64,000 nt of DNA from Patescibacteria group bacterium. Its GTDB lineage: Bacteria; Patescibacteriota; Gracilibacteria; UBA4473. Below the pieces are notes generated by a model. The model was not told the DNA's origin. It ran no database searches and was given only the letters and a program-made list of their open reading frames with translations. Of the stretch, positions 34,656-45,392 are shown piece by piece. The stretch is taken from contig CBFIAK010000002.1 in assembly GCA_965660445.1 (NCBI GenBank), forward strand, positions 1-64,000, given 5' to 3'. The position numbers and the translations under genes were made by a program. The stretch's first letter is position 1, and each line of letters opens with the position of its first letter.

Positions 34656-37292
34656 ATGAAACATACTGGTCTCCGATCTCGTGATATTGCAGCATTGCGT
34701 TCTAAATTTGGTTGGAATAGCCTTTCTGTTCGCAATATGAATCCTTGGTGGAAAATATTTTTTCATCAGTTTACTGATATTTTAGTTCTTATTTTGATTG
34801 GTGCGGCAGTACTTTCATTTGTGTTGGAAGATCACCCAACTGATAGTTATGTTATTGCTGGTATTGTTCTTTTGAATGCTCTTATTGGATTTGTGCAAGA
34901 GTTTCGAACTGAACAAACGATTCAAGCGTTACAAAAAATGGTAAGTAGTTCAATTCGTGTGTTGCGAGACGGAAAAGAAATGGCACTCCCAACGAAAGAG
35001 TTGTTACCCGGAGATATAGTTTTTTTATCGGAAGGAGACAAAATCCCTGCTGACGGAGTATTGAAAGAATCACATGCACTTCGAGCGGAGGAATCGGCAC
35101 TTACGGGGGAATCCTTGCCAATTGAAAAATCACAAGGAGATGAGGTTTTTATGGGAACATCTATCGTTCATGGGTCAGGAGTCTATGAGGTTAAAACAAT
35201 TGGTATGCAGACAAAGTTTGGAACCATTGCACAGCTTACAACTGAAACAGAACAAACACTTTCTCCTTTGCAGAAAGAGTTGTCACATATGGGATTATTT
35301 GTGACAAAAGTGACATTTTTTGTGTGTGGAATTTTGTTTGTGTTTGGGTTTTTGAATGCCGATGAAGGTTTGTCATTATCTGAGAAATTGATTCAAAATC
35401 TCATGTATGCGGTAGCAGTAGCTATTGCGGCAGTTCCTGAAGGACTTCCGACAACTATTACCATAGCATTAGCGTTAGGAGCGACTATTTTGGCAAGAAA
35501 AAAGACAATTGTAAAACGTTTGTCATCAGTCGAGACATTGGGGTCTGTAACGACTATTTGTTCCGATAAAACAGGAACACTGACTCAAAACGAAATGACC
35601 GTTCGGGAGGTATATTTAGCAGATCGATCTGTTTATACGGTGAGTGGTGTTGGGTACGATCCACATTCTGGAAAAATTGCTTTTGTGGGAGGAAGTGAAA
35701 AAAAATCTACACAGAATGATTCGTTATTACATGATCTATTAGAAATTTGTACTCATTGTAATGAAGCTGTTTTACAACAGAAAGAGAATGAATATACAGT
35801 CTTAGGCGATCCTACAGAAGGGGCTTTGTTAACGCTGGCTCAAAAATCAGGATTGGTTTTTCCTGGGGTATGTGATGAAGTTTTTCCGTTTGATGCTGAT
35901 CGAAAAATGATGTCGGTGGTGTTTCAAAAAAAAGTGTTTGTAAAAGGATCACCAGATCATGTACTTAATCGGTGTACGCATTGGTCAGATGGTTATTTGG
36001 TTCATCGTATGACCGATGAGAAACGATTACATATTCAAACGCATTATGAACGTATGGCTCAAAATGCTTTGCGAGTATTAGCGTTTGCGTCTCGATCTAT
36101 TGGAGACAGTGAAAAAGTTTCAGATGAAGACTCTGCAGAAAAAAACTTAGTGTTTATGGGGCTTGTAGGGATGATTGATCCTCCTCGAGATGAAGTGCGT
36201 GATGCGGTAAAAGCTTGTCGTACAGCGGGTATAAGAGTGATTGTGATTACGGGTGATTTTGGAGTGACGGCTGAAGCGATTGCGAGAGAATTAGGGATTG
36301 TGCGAGGAAAATCAGTAGAAGTATTAACAGGCGATCAAGTAGCACAGTTATCGGATCAAGATTTATCAGCCCTTTTATCAGATCGAAATCAGTCGCTTAT
36401 TTTTGCACGCAGTAGACCAGATCAAAAAATGAGAATTGTTCAGTTACTTCAATCTCATGGTGAGATTGTGGCGATGACGGGTGATGGAGTGAATGATGCA
36501 CCAGCACTCAAAGCTGCTGATATTGGAGTTGCAATGGGTATTGCGGGAACCGATGTGAGTAAAGAAGCAGCGACAATGGTGCTTTTAGATGATTCGTTTG
36601 CTTCGATTGTAAGTGCTATTCGAGAAGGTCGACGTATTTATGAAAATTTAAAGAAGTTTGTCTGGTTTATTTTCTCTTGTAATATCGGAGAACTCGTCAC
36701 TATCTTTTTGGCTATTGCTTTTGGGTTTCCGTTAGTATTAACCGCTATCTTAATTTTAGCTATTGATTTAGGAACAGATATTTTACCAGCTATAGCATTA
36801 GGAGTCGATGATGAAAACATAAATATCATGAAACTCCCTCCAAGAGATCCGAAATTGCGAGTTATGAACAAAAATTTTATACTGAGTTTCTTTTTTATGG
36901 GAAGTGTTATTGGAGTATGCGTAACAGGTGCTTATGTATGGACTTTGCTGCGTGATGGTTGGTCATGGGGCGATATGTCGTTTGATAACATTCATGCTCA
37001 AACGGTTGGGTTTACATCACTTGTTTTTGTTCAGCTGTTAAATACTTTTTCGGCTCGGAGTCAGACGGTGTCGGTATTTTCTCAACAATTGTTTTCGAAT
37101 CATTTTCTTCTATTAGCCAATATTTCATCGATTCTTTTAGTACTTTTACTCTTATATGTACCTTTTTTCAATCGTGTTATAGGAACAACCCCGCTTGATG
37201 GGTATGATTGGGGAGTGGTGTTTGCGGCAACGGTTATTCCTTTTTTGGTATTGGAAACACGAAAATACTTTTTACGACATAAAAAAGTATAG
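34656..37292 (+). CDS. Cation-transporting P-type ATPase (P2A, Ca2+-type)
   Basis: LTGES, AAVPEGLP, ICSDKTGTLTQN, GDPTEGAL, MIDPPR, MTGDGVNDAPALK. Confidence 0.95.
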   Translation: MKHTGLRSRDIAALRSKFGWNSLSVRNMNPWWKIFFHQFTDILVLILIGAAVLSFVLEDHPTDSYVIAGIVLLNALIGFVQEFRTEQTIQALQKMVSSSIRVLRDGKEMALPTKELLPGDIVFLSEGDKIPADGVLKESHALRAEESALTGESLPIEKSQGDEVFMGTSIVHGSGVYEVKTIGMQTKFGTIAQLTTETEQTLSPLQKELSHMGLFVTKVTFFVCGILFVFGFLNADEGLSLSEKLIQNLMYAVAVAIAAVPEGLPTTITIALALGATILARKKTIVKRLSSVETLGSVTTICSDKTGTLTQNEMTVREVYLADRSVYTVSGVGYDPHSGKIAFVGGSEKKSTQNDSLLHDLLEICTHCNEAVLQQKENEYTVLGDPTEGALLTLAQKSGLVFPGVCDEVFPFDADRKMMSVVFQKKVFVKGSPDHVLNRCTHWSDGYLVHRMTDEKRLHIQTHYERMAQNALRVLAFASRSIGDSEKVSDEDSAEKNLVFMGLVGMIDPPRDEVRDAVKACRTAGIRVIVITGDFGVTAEAIARELGIVRGKSVEVLTGDQVAQLSDQDLSALLSDRNQSLIFARSRPDQKMRIVQLLQSHGEIVAMTGDGVNDAPALKAADIGVAMGIAGTDVSKEAATMVLLDDSFASIVSAIREGRRIYENLKKFVWFIFSCNIGELVTIFLAIAFGFPLVLTAILILAIDLGTDILPAIALGVDDENINIMKLPPRDPKLRVMNKNFILSFFFMGSVIGVCVTGAYVWTLLRDGWSWGDMSFDNIHAQTVGFTSLVFVQLLNTFSARSQTVSVFSQQLFSNHFLLLANISSILLVLLLLYVPFFNRVIGTTPLDGYDWGVVFAATVIPFLVLETRKYFLRHKKV

Positions 37293-37305
37293 GCAATATA
37301 GAGGA

Positions 37306-39111
37306 TTATTTTTTCATCATTGAAAAGAATGCGTCTTGGGGAATGGTTACTTTTCCAAACTGCTTCAGTCTTTTTTTCCCTGCTTTTTGTTTTTTCAGGA
37401 GTTTGTTCTTTCGGGTAACATCTCCTCCATAGAGTTTTGCGGTTACGTCTTTTCGAAGAGCTGATATCGTTTCTCGTGCGAGTACTTTTCCTCCAATGGC
37501 AGCTTGAATAGCGATAGCAAACTGAGCTTTTGGGATGATGTCTTTGAGTTTTTCACACCATCGAGCACCGATATAATACGCATCATCACGGTGAACAATT
37601 TGGCTTAGTGCATCAACCCTGTCTCCCGCAACGAGTATATCGAGTCGAGAGAGTTTTCCTTCACGCATACCGATGGGTTCGTATGACATTGAGGCATATC
37701 CAGAGGTCATTGATTTAAGGTCGTCGTAAAAATCGGTGATGATAGAGGCGAGTGGTATTTCAAAAAACATCTCTACTCTGTCTTCGCTGGTATACTGAAT
37801 ATTTTTAGAAATTCCATGTCGACTTGTACATAAATCCATTACAGCACCTATATATTGAGACGGAACAAGGATACTGATATTCATCCATGGTTCTTGTATA
37901 GATTCGTATGTGCCTGCATCAGGGAGTTCTCCAGGATTGGCGATAGGGACAACCGATCCGTCTTTTTGGATTATGTTATACGATACTGATGGAGCTGTTA
38001 CTAAAATATCTAAATCAAATTCACGTTCGAGTCTTTCTTGAACAATATCGAGATGAAGAAGTCCGAGAAATCCAACTCGAAACCCATTTCCTAAAGAAGC
38101 TGATTGTTCTGGCTCAAATTGGAGTGAAGCATCATTGAGGGAAAGTTTCTCAAGCGCTTTTCGCAGGAGTGCAAAATCATCCCCCTCAATAGGGTATACT
38201 CCTGCGTATACAAAAGGCGTTACTTCTTTATATCCAGGGAGTGATAATGGTTTCTCTATTTTTCCTTGATAAAGCGTTTCTCCTACTTTTGCATCAATAA
38301 CATTTTTAAGTCCAGTAACGACGTATCCTACTTCACCGGTGTTCAATTTTTCGGTGGGTGAATATCGAGGATTTAAAAACCCTACTTCGATTGCTTCTAT
38401 TTTTCGTCCGGTTCTCAGGAGAGTGAGTTTGTCACCTTTGTTGATTGATCCGGAAAAAACTCGAACACTTGAAACCACTCCACGATACGTATCAAACGTT
38501 GAATCAAAAATAAGAGCTTTTGTTTCAGTTATATCAGAAAAAACTGGTTGATGGTTTTTAAAAATAGGGTTTTGAGGAGGACTTGGAATATGAGTTACAA
38601 TAGCATCGAGGAGTTCTGGAACTCCGGTTCCTTCTTTTCCGCTGACTTGTAAAATATCTTCGGCTTTAAATCCCAAAAGGGACTCAATTTCTTGAGCTCG
38701 TCGTTCAGGTTCTGCAGCAGGAAGATCAATTTTATTGAGGACGGGTATAATTTCGAGTCCTTGATCAAGCGCAAGATAGACATTGGCGAGAGTTTGGGCT
38801 TCAATTCCTTGTGTAGCATCAACCACAAGCACAGCTCCTTCGCAGGCTGCCAAACTTCGAGATACTTCATAAGAAAAATCAACATGCCCAGGGGTATCGA
38901 TAAGGTTTAGTTGTGTGCCTTTCCAATACATTCGAACTGGCTGGAGTTTAATAGTGATACCTCGCTCTTGTTCGAGTTCCATTGTGTCCAGTAGTTGGGC
39001 TTTCATATCTCGTTTCTGAATAGTTCCTGTTATTTCTAAAAGTCGATCAGCGAGTGTCGATTTCCCGTGGTCGATGTGGGCAATAATACAGAAATTACGA
39101 ATAGATGTCAT
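37306..39111 (-). CDS. lepA: Elongation factor 4 (LepA)
   Basis: IRNFCIIAHIDHGKSTLADRLL, ERGITIK, DTPGHVDF, GFLGLLH, RKDVTAKLYGGD. Confidence 0.99.
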   Translation of the reverse strand: MTSIRNFCIIAHIDHGKSTLADRLLEITGTIQKRDMKAQLLDTMELEQERGITIKLQPVRMYWKGTQLNLIDTPGHVDFSYEVSRSLAACEGAVLVVDATQGIEAQTLANVYLALDQGLEIIPVLNKIDLPAAEPERRAQEIESLLGFKAEDILQVSGKEGTGVPELLDAIVTHIPSPPQNPIFKNHQPVFSDITETKALIFDSTFDTYRGVVSSVRVFSGSINKGDKLTLLRTGRKIEAIEVGFLNPRYSPTEKLNTGEVGYVVTGLKNVIDAKVGETLYQGKIEKPLSLPGYKEVTPFVYAGVYPIEGDDFALLRKALEKLSLNDASLQFEPEQSASLGNGFRVGFLGLLHLDIVQERLEREFDLDILVTAPSVSYNIIQKDGSVVPIANPGELPDAGTYESIQEPWMNISILVPSQYIGAVMDLCTSRHGISKNIQYTSEDRVEMFFEIPLASIITDFYDDLKSMTSGYASMSYEPIGMREGKLSRLDILVAGDRVDALSQIVHRDDAYYIGARWCEKLKDIIPKAQFAIAIQAAIGGKVLARETISALRKDVTAKLYGGDVTRKNKLLKKQKAGKKRLKQFGKVTIPQDAFFSMMKK

Positions 39112-39139
39112 AGAGAGAATAAGTGTGAGGGAATCATGT

Positions 39140-39170
39140 CTTGTCGCCCCGAAGCTTTATGCGTAGGGTG
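39140..39170 (+). repeat. Short imperfect palindrome, REP-like
   Basis: CTTGTCGCCCCGAAGCTTTATGCGTAGGGTG, a GC-rich island in an AT-rich intergenic region; single copy in window. Confidence 0.3.
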
Positions 39171-39335
39171 CTGGTCGATGTGAGTAATAATACAAAAATT
39201 TCTCATATCTATAATTGGTTTCGATTGTACGGTGAAATAGAAGTTTTACAAATTTTTTCATGTTTTTCTTGTGACTCGGTTTTTTCCTATTATACTAAAG
39301 AATGCACATACACATATATATTTGAGTTTTTGTTT

Positions 39336-39860
39336 ATGAAACAGGGATTTACGCTTCTAGAACTGGTAGTGACGATATCTATTTTAGGTATTTTATTTTC
39401 TATTACTGTTCCAACCTTGTATGAAACTATTTTAAAATCTCGATTTTCATTGGAAGTAGATAGAATTATACAGGCCTTATCAGATACTCGAAACGATGTA
39501 CTGGCTCGTCGAGATTGTTCAGATGATGAAGGTATTCAATTTCGAGTGAATAATGATCTTGTTTCTTTTGGATGTGAACAAACATTAGTATTGCAAGAAA
39601 GTCGCATTGTGTTTGAAGACTCTTTTGCACAGAATGGAAGTATTGGTTTTTCAGTTGATCCTTTTGCAATGGAATTGATTACTTCTTCCGGAAATGTATC
39701 TCAAACATATTTTACTATCGAAAGCCAAAATATTTCTTCCACCGAGATATATACAGTGTGTTTAGACAGTGTACTTGCTTATCCGAAAATGTATAAGAAT
39801 CATTGTGACTGTTTTGATACCATACCCTATGAAACTATTCCTGACTGTGAAATTTTATGA
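39336..39860 (+). CDS. Type IV pilin-like protein (FimT/GspH-like)
   Basis: Class III signal MKQG|FTLLELVVTISILGIL; ATG at 39336. Confidence 0.9.
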   Translation: MKQGFTLLELVVTISILGILFSITVPTLYETILKSRFSLEVDRIIQALSDTRNDVLARRDCSDDEGIQFRVNNDLVSFGCEQTLVLQESRIVFEDSFAQNGSIGFSVDPFAMELITSSGNVSQTYFTIESQNISSTEIYTVCLDSVLAYPKMYKNHCDCFDTIPYETIPDCEIL

Positions 39861-40462
39861 AAAAAGAACAAAAAAAGTATTCAATAAAAAAAACAGGTGA
39901 GACTCTTATTGAAGTTCTTATTGCTATTGTTATTCTTGTCATTTTCTTGAGTAGTATTTTGGTTATTTTAAATCGTGCGATTATGATTAATAGTAATATT
40001 GAAAATCGTATTACAGCCCTCAGTCTTGCTAGAGAAGGTATTGAAGGTGTTCGACATATTCGAGACACCAATTGGCTTCGATTTTCTGGAAATAAAAGAG
40101 AAAATTGGTTGTGTATCGATACTGATTGTAATGAGAAAATAAATGATGGATTTTATCGTCTTGATTTTGATCCTCCTCTCTATGTCCTATCAGAACAAGG
40201 AGCATTAACACCTCTTGATGAATCGTATCGTTTGTACAGTCATGAAGACACTCCTTTTCTTAACCATGACACGGTGAATGGCTCGCCAACTCTTTTTTAT
40301 CGACAAATTCAGACACGTCAAGAGGAAGTATCTTGTCCGCTCGTTGATTGTCCGAATAAATTAATTGTTCAATCTCGTGTTTCTTGGCAAGAAGCAAATG
40401 GGGATAAAGAAATAGTATTAGAAACTCACTTATTTGATTATTTTGAACGAGATGCGTATTAA
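39857..40462 (+). CDS. Minor pilin (PilV-like)
   Basis: KKTG|ETLIEVLIAIVIL; ALSLAREGIEGVRHIRDTNWL; ATGA overlap with upstream gene. Confidence 0.88.
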   Translation: MKKEQKKYSIKKTGETLIEVLIAIVILVIFLSSILVILNRAIMINSNIENRITALSLAREGIEGVRHIRDTNWLRFSGNKRENWLCIDTDCNEKINDGFYRLDFDPPLYVLSEQGALTPLDESYRLYSHEDTPFLNHDTVNGSPTLFYRQIQTRQEEVSCPLVDCPNKLIVQSRVSWQEANGDKEIVLETHLFDYFERDAY

Positions 40463-41282
40463 ACAAAAGAAAAAAGCTTTTTCCCTTTTAGAACTCGTCA
40501 TTGCTATGACGCTTTTTGCCGTTGTCTTTTTGAGTATTTTTTCTCTTGTGGGGCAAATGCAATTAACTCAGAAAAAACTTGATATTGCACATAATTTTTA
40601 TGATGAATCTCGTTTGCTTATGGATAGAATGGTTGAGTTTGGTCGTTATTATGTGCTTGATTACGATCGGTATTTTTGTGAAGAAGATAATGTTGCTGAA
40701 GATTGTGATTCTCGGTATGAAGATGTATTTTATGATGATATTGGTGGACGATTAAGGAATTTGGGAGGTATGGATAGAGAGTTTGAGCAATCAGATGTAG
40801 AGACAAATGCATTTGATGTTTCACAACAAGACGTATTATTTTTACGGCATCCAGAGCGAAATGTTCGTATTGCTCTTCGAGTCGAAAGTGAACAAGTACA
40901 AGTACAATCTCAAGTTGGTGTTGATACAAATGATGATGGACGTCTTGATGTATGGAGTGCTGAACCTCTTGTTTTACCCAATAAACAGTGCCGTATAGAA
41001 GGAATTGAATTCTCTGAAGATTTGTGTCGAGAAGCTTATGATTGGAAAACAATATCTCCATCACATGTTCGAGTTTTATCTTCTGTGTTTGAATTGTATC
41101 CTCAAAAAGACCCATATCTTGCGTTTGCTGATGATGCAGTGCAATTGCAACCTGTTATTCGTATGGCGTTTAAATTTCAGTTTGATGAAGAAAATACTGG
41201 TTATGGGTTTTCACAGCAGGAAGTGCCAGAGATACATTTACAAACCGCTGTCGTTTCGCGTATCCATGGAAATACTCGTTAA
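40452..41282 (+). CDS. Minor pilin (PilW/GspJ-like)
   Basis: KKKA|FSLLELVIAMTLFAVV; ATG at 40452. Confidence 0.88.
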   Translation: MRIKQKKKAFSLLELVIAMTLFAVVFLSIFSLVGQMQLTQKKLDIAHNFYDESRLLMDRMVEFGRYYVLDYDRYFCEEDNVAEDCDSRYEDVFYDDIGGRLRNLGGMDREFEQSDVETNAFDVSQQDVLFLRHPERNVRIALRVESEQVQVQSQVGVDTNDDGRLDVWSAEPLVLPNKQCRIEGIEFSEDLCREAYDWKTISPSHVRVLSSVFELYPQKDPYLAFADDAVQLQPVIRMAFKFQFDEENTGYGFSQQEVPEIHLQTAVVSRIHGNTR

Positions 41283-43030
41283 AACTCAGGTTTTTGCATA
41301 TGCCATAAAAAAATGAGCCCCGTGTTTTTTCGGAGTCTGTTTTTTTCTTCTTGAGTCAGGGCATCTCTTTTGAAGAGTTTTGGTTTTGGGGGGGTGGGAA
41401 TAATAATTTGAGAAGGCGGCATAGTTTTGAGTATCTGTATTTTTTCAGGAGAAAGTGCGTTTAAGAAATCTTCAAAAAAAGGCTTCTCGTATACATCATC
41501 AATATTTTTCTTCGTCATTTGTGATTGTGTCCATTTCTGAATTGATTGTTCAAATATATGCGGAGCACCTCCTCCTCTCGTTGTTTTTTGTATAATTTGG
41601 GTTGTTACTTCTATTGGGATTTCAAGGGTGTCTTTTTCCCCAGAATGGTCCCAAAGAGTAAGTTTTATTGTATAGAGACCTTCTGCATCAAAATAGATAG
41701 TTTTTGGGTTTGAACGTTTTGATTCAATTTCACAATAGTCACTCCATCGCCAAGTATCAGTGATATCGTTTGGACATGATTTTCCATTGATCTCCCATTG
41801 ATAGGTATGCAGATCATGATCTCCATCGGGATCAAAAGAATTTTCAGCAGTGAGGTTGAGTGATTTTGTGTATATCTTTCGACCGCCTTGAAGTGTTATC
41901 TGAGCTTTTGGTGGTGTGTTTTGAGACTTGTTTTTTGTCCCTTTTGATCCATTAAAATGTCGAAAAAAATTAGATGCTTGGTTTGGTGGTGAGTTTTTTT
42001 CTTTTCGTGCGATTGATTCATTGGGAATCATGTCTTGAATATCAATACATTCTCCATTCCATAGGAATGCTTCTCGGTATTGGATAACTCGTTTTGTTTC
42101 TGATTGACTGAGTGTTTGTTTTTTCCAGCAGACGGTGTCAATTCGTTCTTCGGCACTTGTTCCATACATATGAATAATTTCAACGGTTCCTGAACCAGAA
42201 GATAGACTTTCTTTTTTCGATGTTTGAGCTGTGTAGAAAGTATTTTGTTTTTGAATATCTGTTGTGTGACTCCCTGTTTCGAGTACAAAAATATCGTTTG
42301 TAGATACAAATAATGGAGTTTCTTGCACGAATAAAAGAGTTCCGTTGTGTTTTATGGCGAGCCCTTGAATGTTTATCGGTTCACTGAAAGGGAGAGTAAA
42401 CTGTATTTCGATAAAGTCTGTATTCGTGTTTTTCGGCGATATTTCTTGAATGAGAATGTCTCCTTTTTGAAGTTTTACTGTTGAGGGAGGGTTTTCTTCT
42501 CCTTTTGAATGATTCCAGACAGTGTTATTTGGTTCGTATCGAATGGGGATAAGTGGCAATAGGGGGTTATCTGTTCGATTCCATATTTCCGTATAGGGGT
42601 TTCCCTGAATTGTACCGGATTTTGTTTTTGGATACGTAACGGTATCTTTTCTATTTGTTTGTTCTTGAATAGAAATCGTTGCTCCATTATCTGGCAATGA
42701 AAGAGGCGATTTATCCCACCACAATAGACCGTTTATGGAACTGGTCAGGAGTGTTTGGTTTCCGCTTTCGTCTTCATGAACCGTTATATTTTTTGTTTGC
42801 ATTGTTTCTTTTATTTCATCAAATGGTTTTTCCTGATTCCCATTACTGATGAAGAGAGATGAAATATTACAGGCGCTTTCCTTTTCTACGACTATTTCAA
42901 TCCACTCATCTTCTTCGGCAATACGAGTCGGGCTTATTTCAGAAATAAAAAGATTACATTCGTTTTCATCATTTGCCAAAGATTGCATTGGAAAGCAAAA
43001 GGAAATGAGAAAAAAAATAATTCGTTTCAT
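41279..43030 (-). CDS. Secreted protein with lamin-tail-like domains and a PKD/Ig domain
   Basis: Signal peptide; LFISEISP..DEWIEI and ILIQEISP..DFIEI; SLPDNGATI; LNLTAENSFDPDGD..YQW, GLYTIKLTLWD. Confidence 0.75.
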   Translation of the reverse strand: MKRIIFFLISFCFPMQSLANDENECNLFISEISPTRIAEEDEWIEIVVEKESACNISSLFISNGNQEKPFDEIKETMQTKNITVHEDESGNQTLLTSSINGLLWWDKSPLSLPDNGATISIQEQTNRKDTVTYPKTKSGTIQGNPYTEIWNRTDNPLLPLIPIRYEPNNTVWNHSKGEENPPSTVKLQKGDILIQEISPKNTNTDFIEIQFTLPFSEPINIQGLAIKHNGTLLFVQETPLFVSTNDIFVLETGSHTTDIQKQNTFYTAQTSKKESLSSGSGTVEIIHMYGTSAEERIDTVCWKKQTLSQSETKRVIQYREAFLWNGECIDIQDMIPNESIARKEKNSPPNQASNFFRHFNGSKGTKNKSQNTPPKAQITLQGGRKIYTKSLNLTAENSFDPDGDHDLHTYQWEINGKSCPNDITDTWRWSDYCEIESKRSNPKTIYFDAEGLYTIKLTLWDHSGEKDTLEIPIEVTTQIIQKTTRGGGAPHIFEQSIQKWTQSQMTKKNIDDVYEKPFFEDFLNALSPEKIQILKTMPPSQIIIPTPPKPKLFKRDALTQEEKNRLRKNTGLIFLWHMQKPEF

Positions 43031-43094
43031 TTTCTTTTAATGTACTCTTCTTTTTTCGTATTTGCATTTTTTTTTTGTTTTCGAGACAATAAGA

Positions 43095-45332
43095 ATGTTC
43101 ATGAATCGTTTCATCTTTCTATTCCTCTTTTCGTTTTTTTCTCTTATTGCGCTTGAGTCACATGCCGACTTTGTTCGTGATTCAGGAATAGATCTTGATG
43201 CGTCTCAATTAGTGATTGATTTTACAGCTCCCGTGCTATTACCACATTTAGAAGGAGAATATCCAGCGTTTGAGTGTTTTGGGTTTTTTGAGTCTCCAGT
43301 GACCGTTTCTTTTCAGAGCATAGGCATGACCGATCCGGATAATTTAACAGCGGTGTTACAAAACACAGCCAATGGAGGATGTTTTCGTCAAGCAGGAACA
43401 TACGAACTTGATGTTTTTGTACAAGACAAAGCCGGAAACACAGCCTTTTCTTCTGTATTTCCAGTTGTGATTGAAGTACTTCCATCAGACCCACATCCAT
43501 CACAAATCACCCATCATGTTACTTATGATGACAACAATAAAGCCACTCCATCATTAGCCAATGATAGCGATAAAACAATTTATACTCTTATTTTGAAAGA
43601 TTTTGCAGGAAACCCCGTGACTCAAATTGATGGAGATGATATTCAATTGCCGGCTGGATATGTGGTTGATACCAACGGTCAAACAGATGCAAATACAGGA
43701 TTATCTTTTCTTGATGGATTTGCAAACCAAGAAGTGAATACAGATGCGGCATGGATTCAGTTATCGTTTAAAGCAAAAGCCCCAACTGTTGCCAAAGTAG
43801 GGGACCATTTGGCTCGGTTTACTGATGATTGGTCATTGAGAATGTCGGATATACAAGTCGCTGATATCAATAGTGCGGGTGGGGTTGTGGGAGGCGTTTG
43901 GAACCCGGTTTCGGTAACCACTCCTGTGAGAGTTGCATTTCAACCACTTTTCACCCTTATTCCTAAAGCACTGGAAGACTCTGTAATGGGGGAAACACAA
44001 GATGCTATCTATATTCTTGACTCTGATTATGTTCACCCTGAAGATCCTGATCCACCTACAGGAAGTAATAATGCCTCTCGTTTTTTCTTAGAATTGCAGT
44101 CCAAGGATTCCGGAATTTCTCTTAATTCATTTGCGGTTCGGAATGAGGATTCTTGGCTTAGTTATTATAATAATCTAGCAAGTAATAGTTTTTCTCCTTC
44201 TGTAGAACTTGATACGACCTTTTATGATTGGGGATTGGCTGATCCTGAAGATGATGATTCATGGTCATATTATATTCAAAAAACGGCAGGGTTTGTGCGT
44301 GATATGAGTACAGAAAAATATCCGTTATCACTCGTTGTTGAAGGAAACTACAGTGTCGGAGGATCGCCTATTTCTTATCCAATGGGAGGAAGTGGGTTTC
44401 ATGAAACCGATGTGCTGAACCCAGCAAATAATAATCCGAATGATTTTATTGATTTAACAACTCGGAATGGAGGTGTTTCAGGAGCAGGAACACTTGGTTA
44501 TAATTCGATTTCTGGTGGGTCTGTGCCACCATTAGGAGCTGATGTGGTGGGGGCAGTAAGAGGCGTGATTGATAGCCGAATGACATCATCGTCTTCAGTA
44601 CTCGTATCTGGAACAGTTGGAGAAGATGCTCGTTCGATCTTGTATGATAATGCTCTTTCGCTTATTCGTGGTATAGAAGAATCATGTCTCAACCCCATAG
44701 AACAAGATAGAGCATTGCAAATATCAGTATTTGACACTTGTGATGTGGTGGTCGTTAATGATGGAGGCGATGTGCGATTCGCTTCTGGATGGAATCAAGG
44801 TATTATGCTTCTTCCTGCAGGGCAAAAAACATTGATTGTACAAAATGCAAATGTGATTATAGAAGGGAATATGATGTATGGGAATCCGAATGATGCGTTT
44901 GGTATTATGGCTATTAATACTCCGCTTCGTCCATTTCCAGAAACAGGAAACATATTTGTGCGATCAGATATACAACAAATAGTTGGTCATTTATTTTTAG
45001 AAGGAGCATTTGTGAGTAATGATGGAGATAGTATTTGGGATGCGAATACTGGAACTGACCAGAATCAATTGGTATTTCAGGGTACGTTCTTAACGCATAA
45101 TACATTGGGAGGGAGTCGTATTACGCCTGTGAGAACTCCATGGGAAAGAACAAATGATACATTGCAATTGGTTCCTGTAGAGATAGAGGATCAGCGATTA
45201 TCTCAGATTTATGATTTGCACTGGGTAAGAACAGGGAATTCTATGCCGGTTCATCTTTCAAATCAAAACGCATTTGTACTTGAAGTCAAACCACCACTTA
45301 TTTCTCCTCCTGGATTTGTGCATCAAGAATAG
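43095..45332 (+). CDS. Large secreted beta-rich protein with Ig-like segments
   Basis: Signal peptide ending SHA; GTYELDVFVQDKAGN, LILKDFAGNPV; C-terminal beta-rich GQKTLIVQNANVIIEGN region. Confidence 0.7.
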   Translation: MFMNRFIFLFLFSFFSLIALESHADFVRDSGIDLDASQLVIDFTAPVLLPHLEGEYPAFECFGFFESPVTVSFQSIGMTDPDNLTAVLQNTANGGCFRQAGTYELDVFVQDKAGNTAFSSVFPVVIEVLPSDPHPSQITHHVTYDDNNKATPSLANDSDKTIYTLILKDFAGNPVTQIDGDDIQLPAGYVVDTNGQTDANTGLSFLDGFANQEVNTDAAWIQLSFKAKAPTVAKVGDHLARFTDDWSLRMSDIQVADINSAGGVVGGVWNPVSVTTPVRVAFQPLFTLIPKALEDSVMGETQDAIYILDSDYVHPEDPDPPTGSNNASRFFLELQSKDSGISLNSFAVRNEDSWLSYYNNLASNSFSPSVELDTTFYDWGLADPEDDDSWSYYIQKTAGFVRDMSTEKYPLSLVVEGNYSVGGSPISYPMGGSGFHETDVLNPANNNPNDFIDLTTRNGGVSGAGTLGYNSISGGSVPPLGADVVGAVRGVIDSRMTSSSSVLVSGTVGEDARSILYDNALSLIRGIEESCLNPIEQDRALQISVFDTCDVVVVNDGGDVRFASGWNQGIMLLPAGQKTLIVQNANVIIEGNMMYGNPNDAFGIMAINTPLRPFPETGNIFVRSDIQQIVGHLFLEGAFVSNDGDSIWDANTGTDQNQLVFQGTFLTHNTLGGSRITPVRTPWERTNDTLQLVPVEIEDQRLSQIYDLHWVRTGNSMPVHLSNQNAFVLEVKPPLISPPGFVHQE

Positions 45333-45392
45333 CATTTTTAGATTGAGGAGTTTGTTTTGCAAAACAAGAAAAGAGAGTATTATACGTGTACT

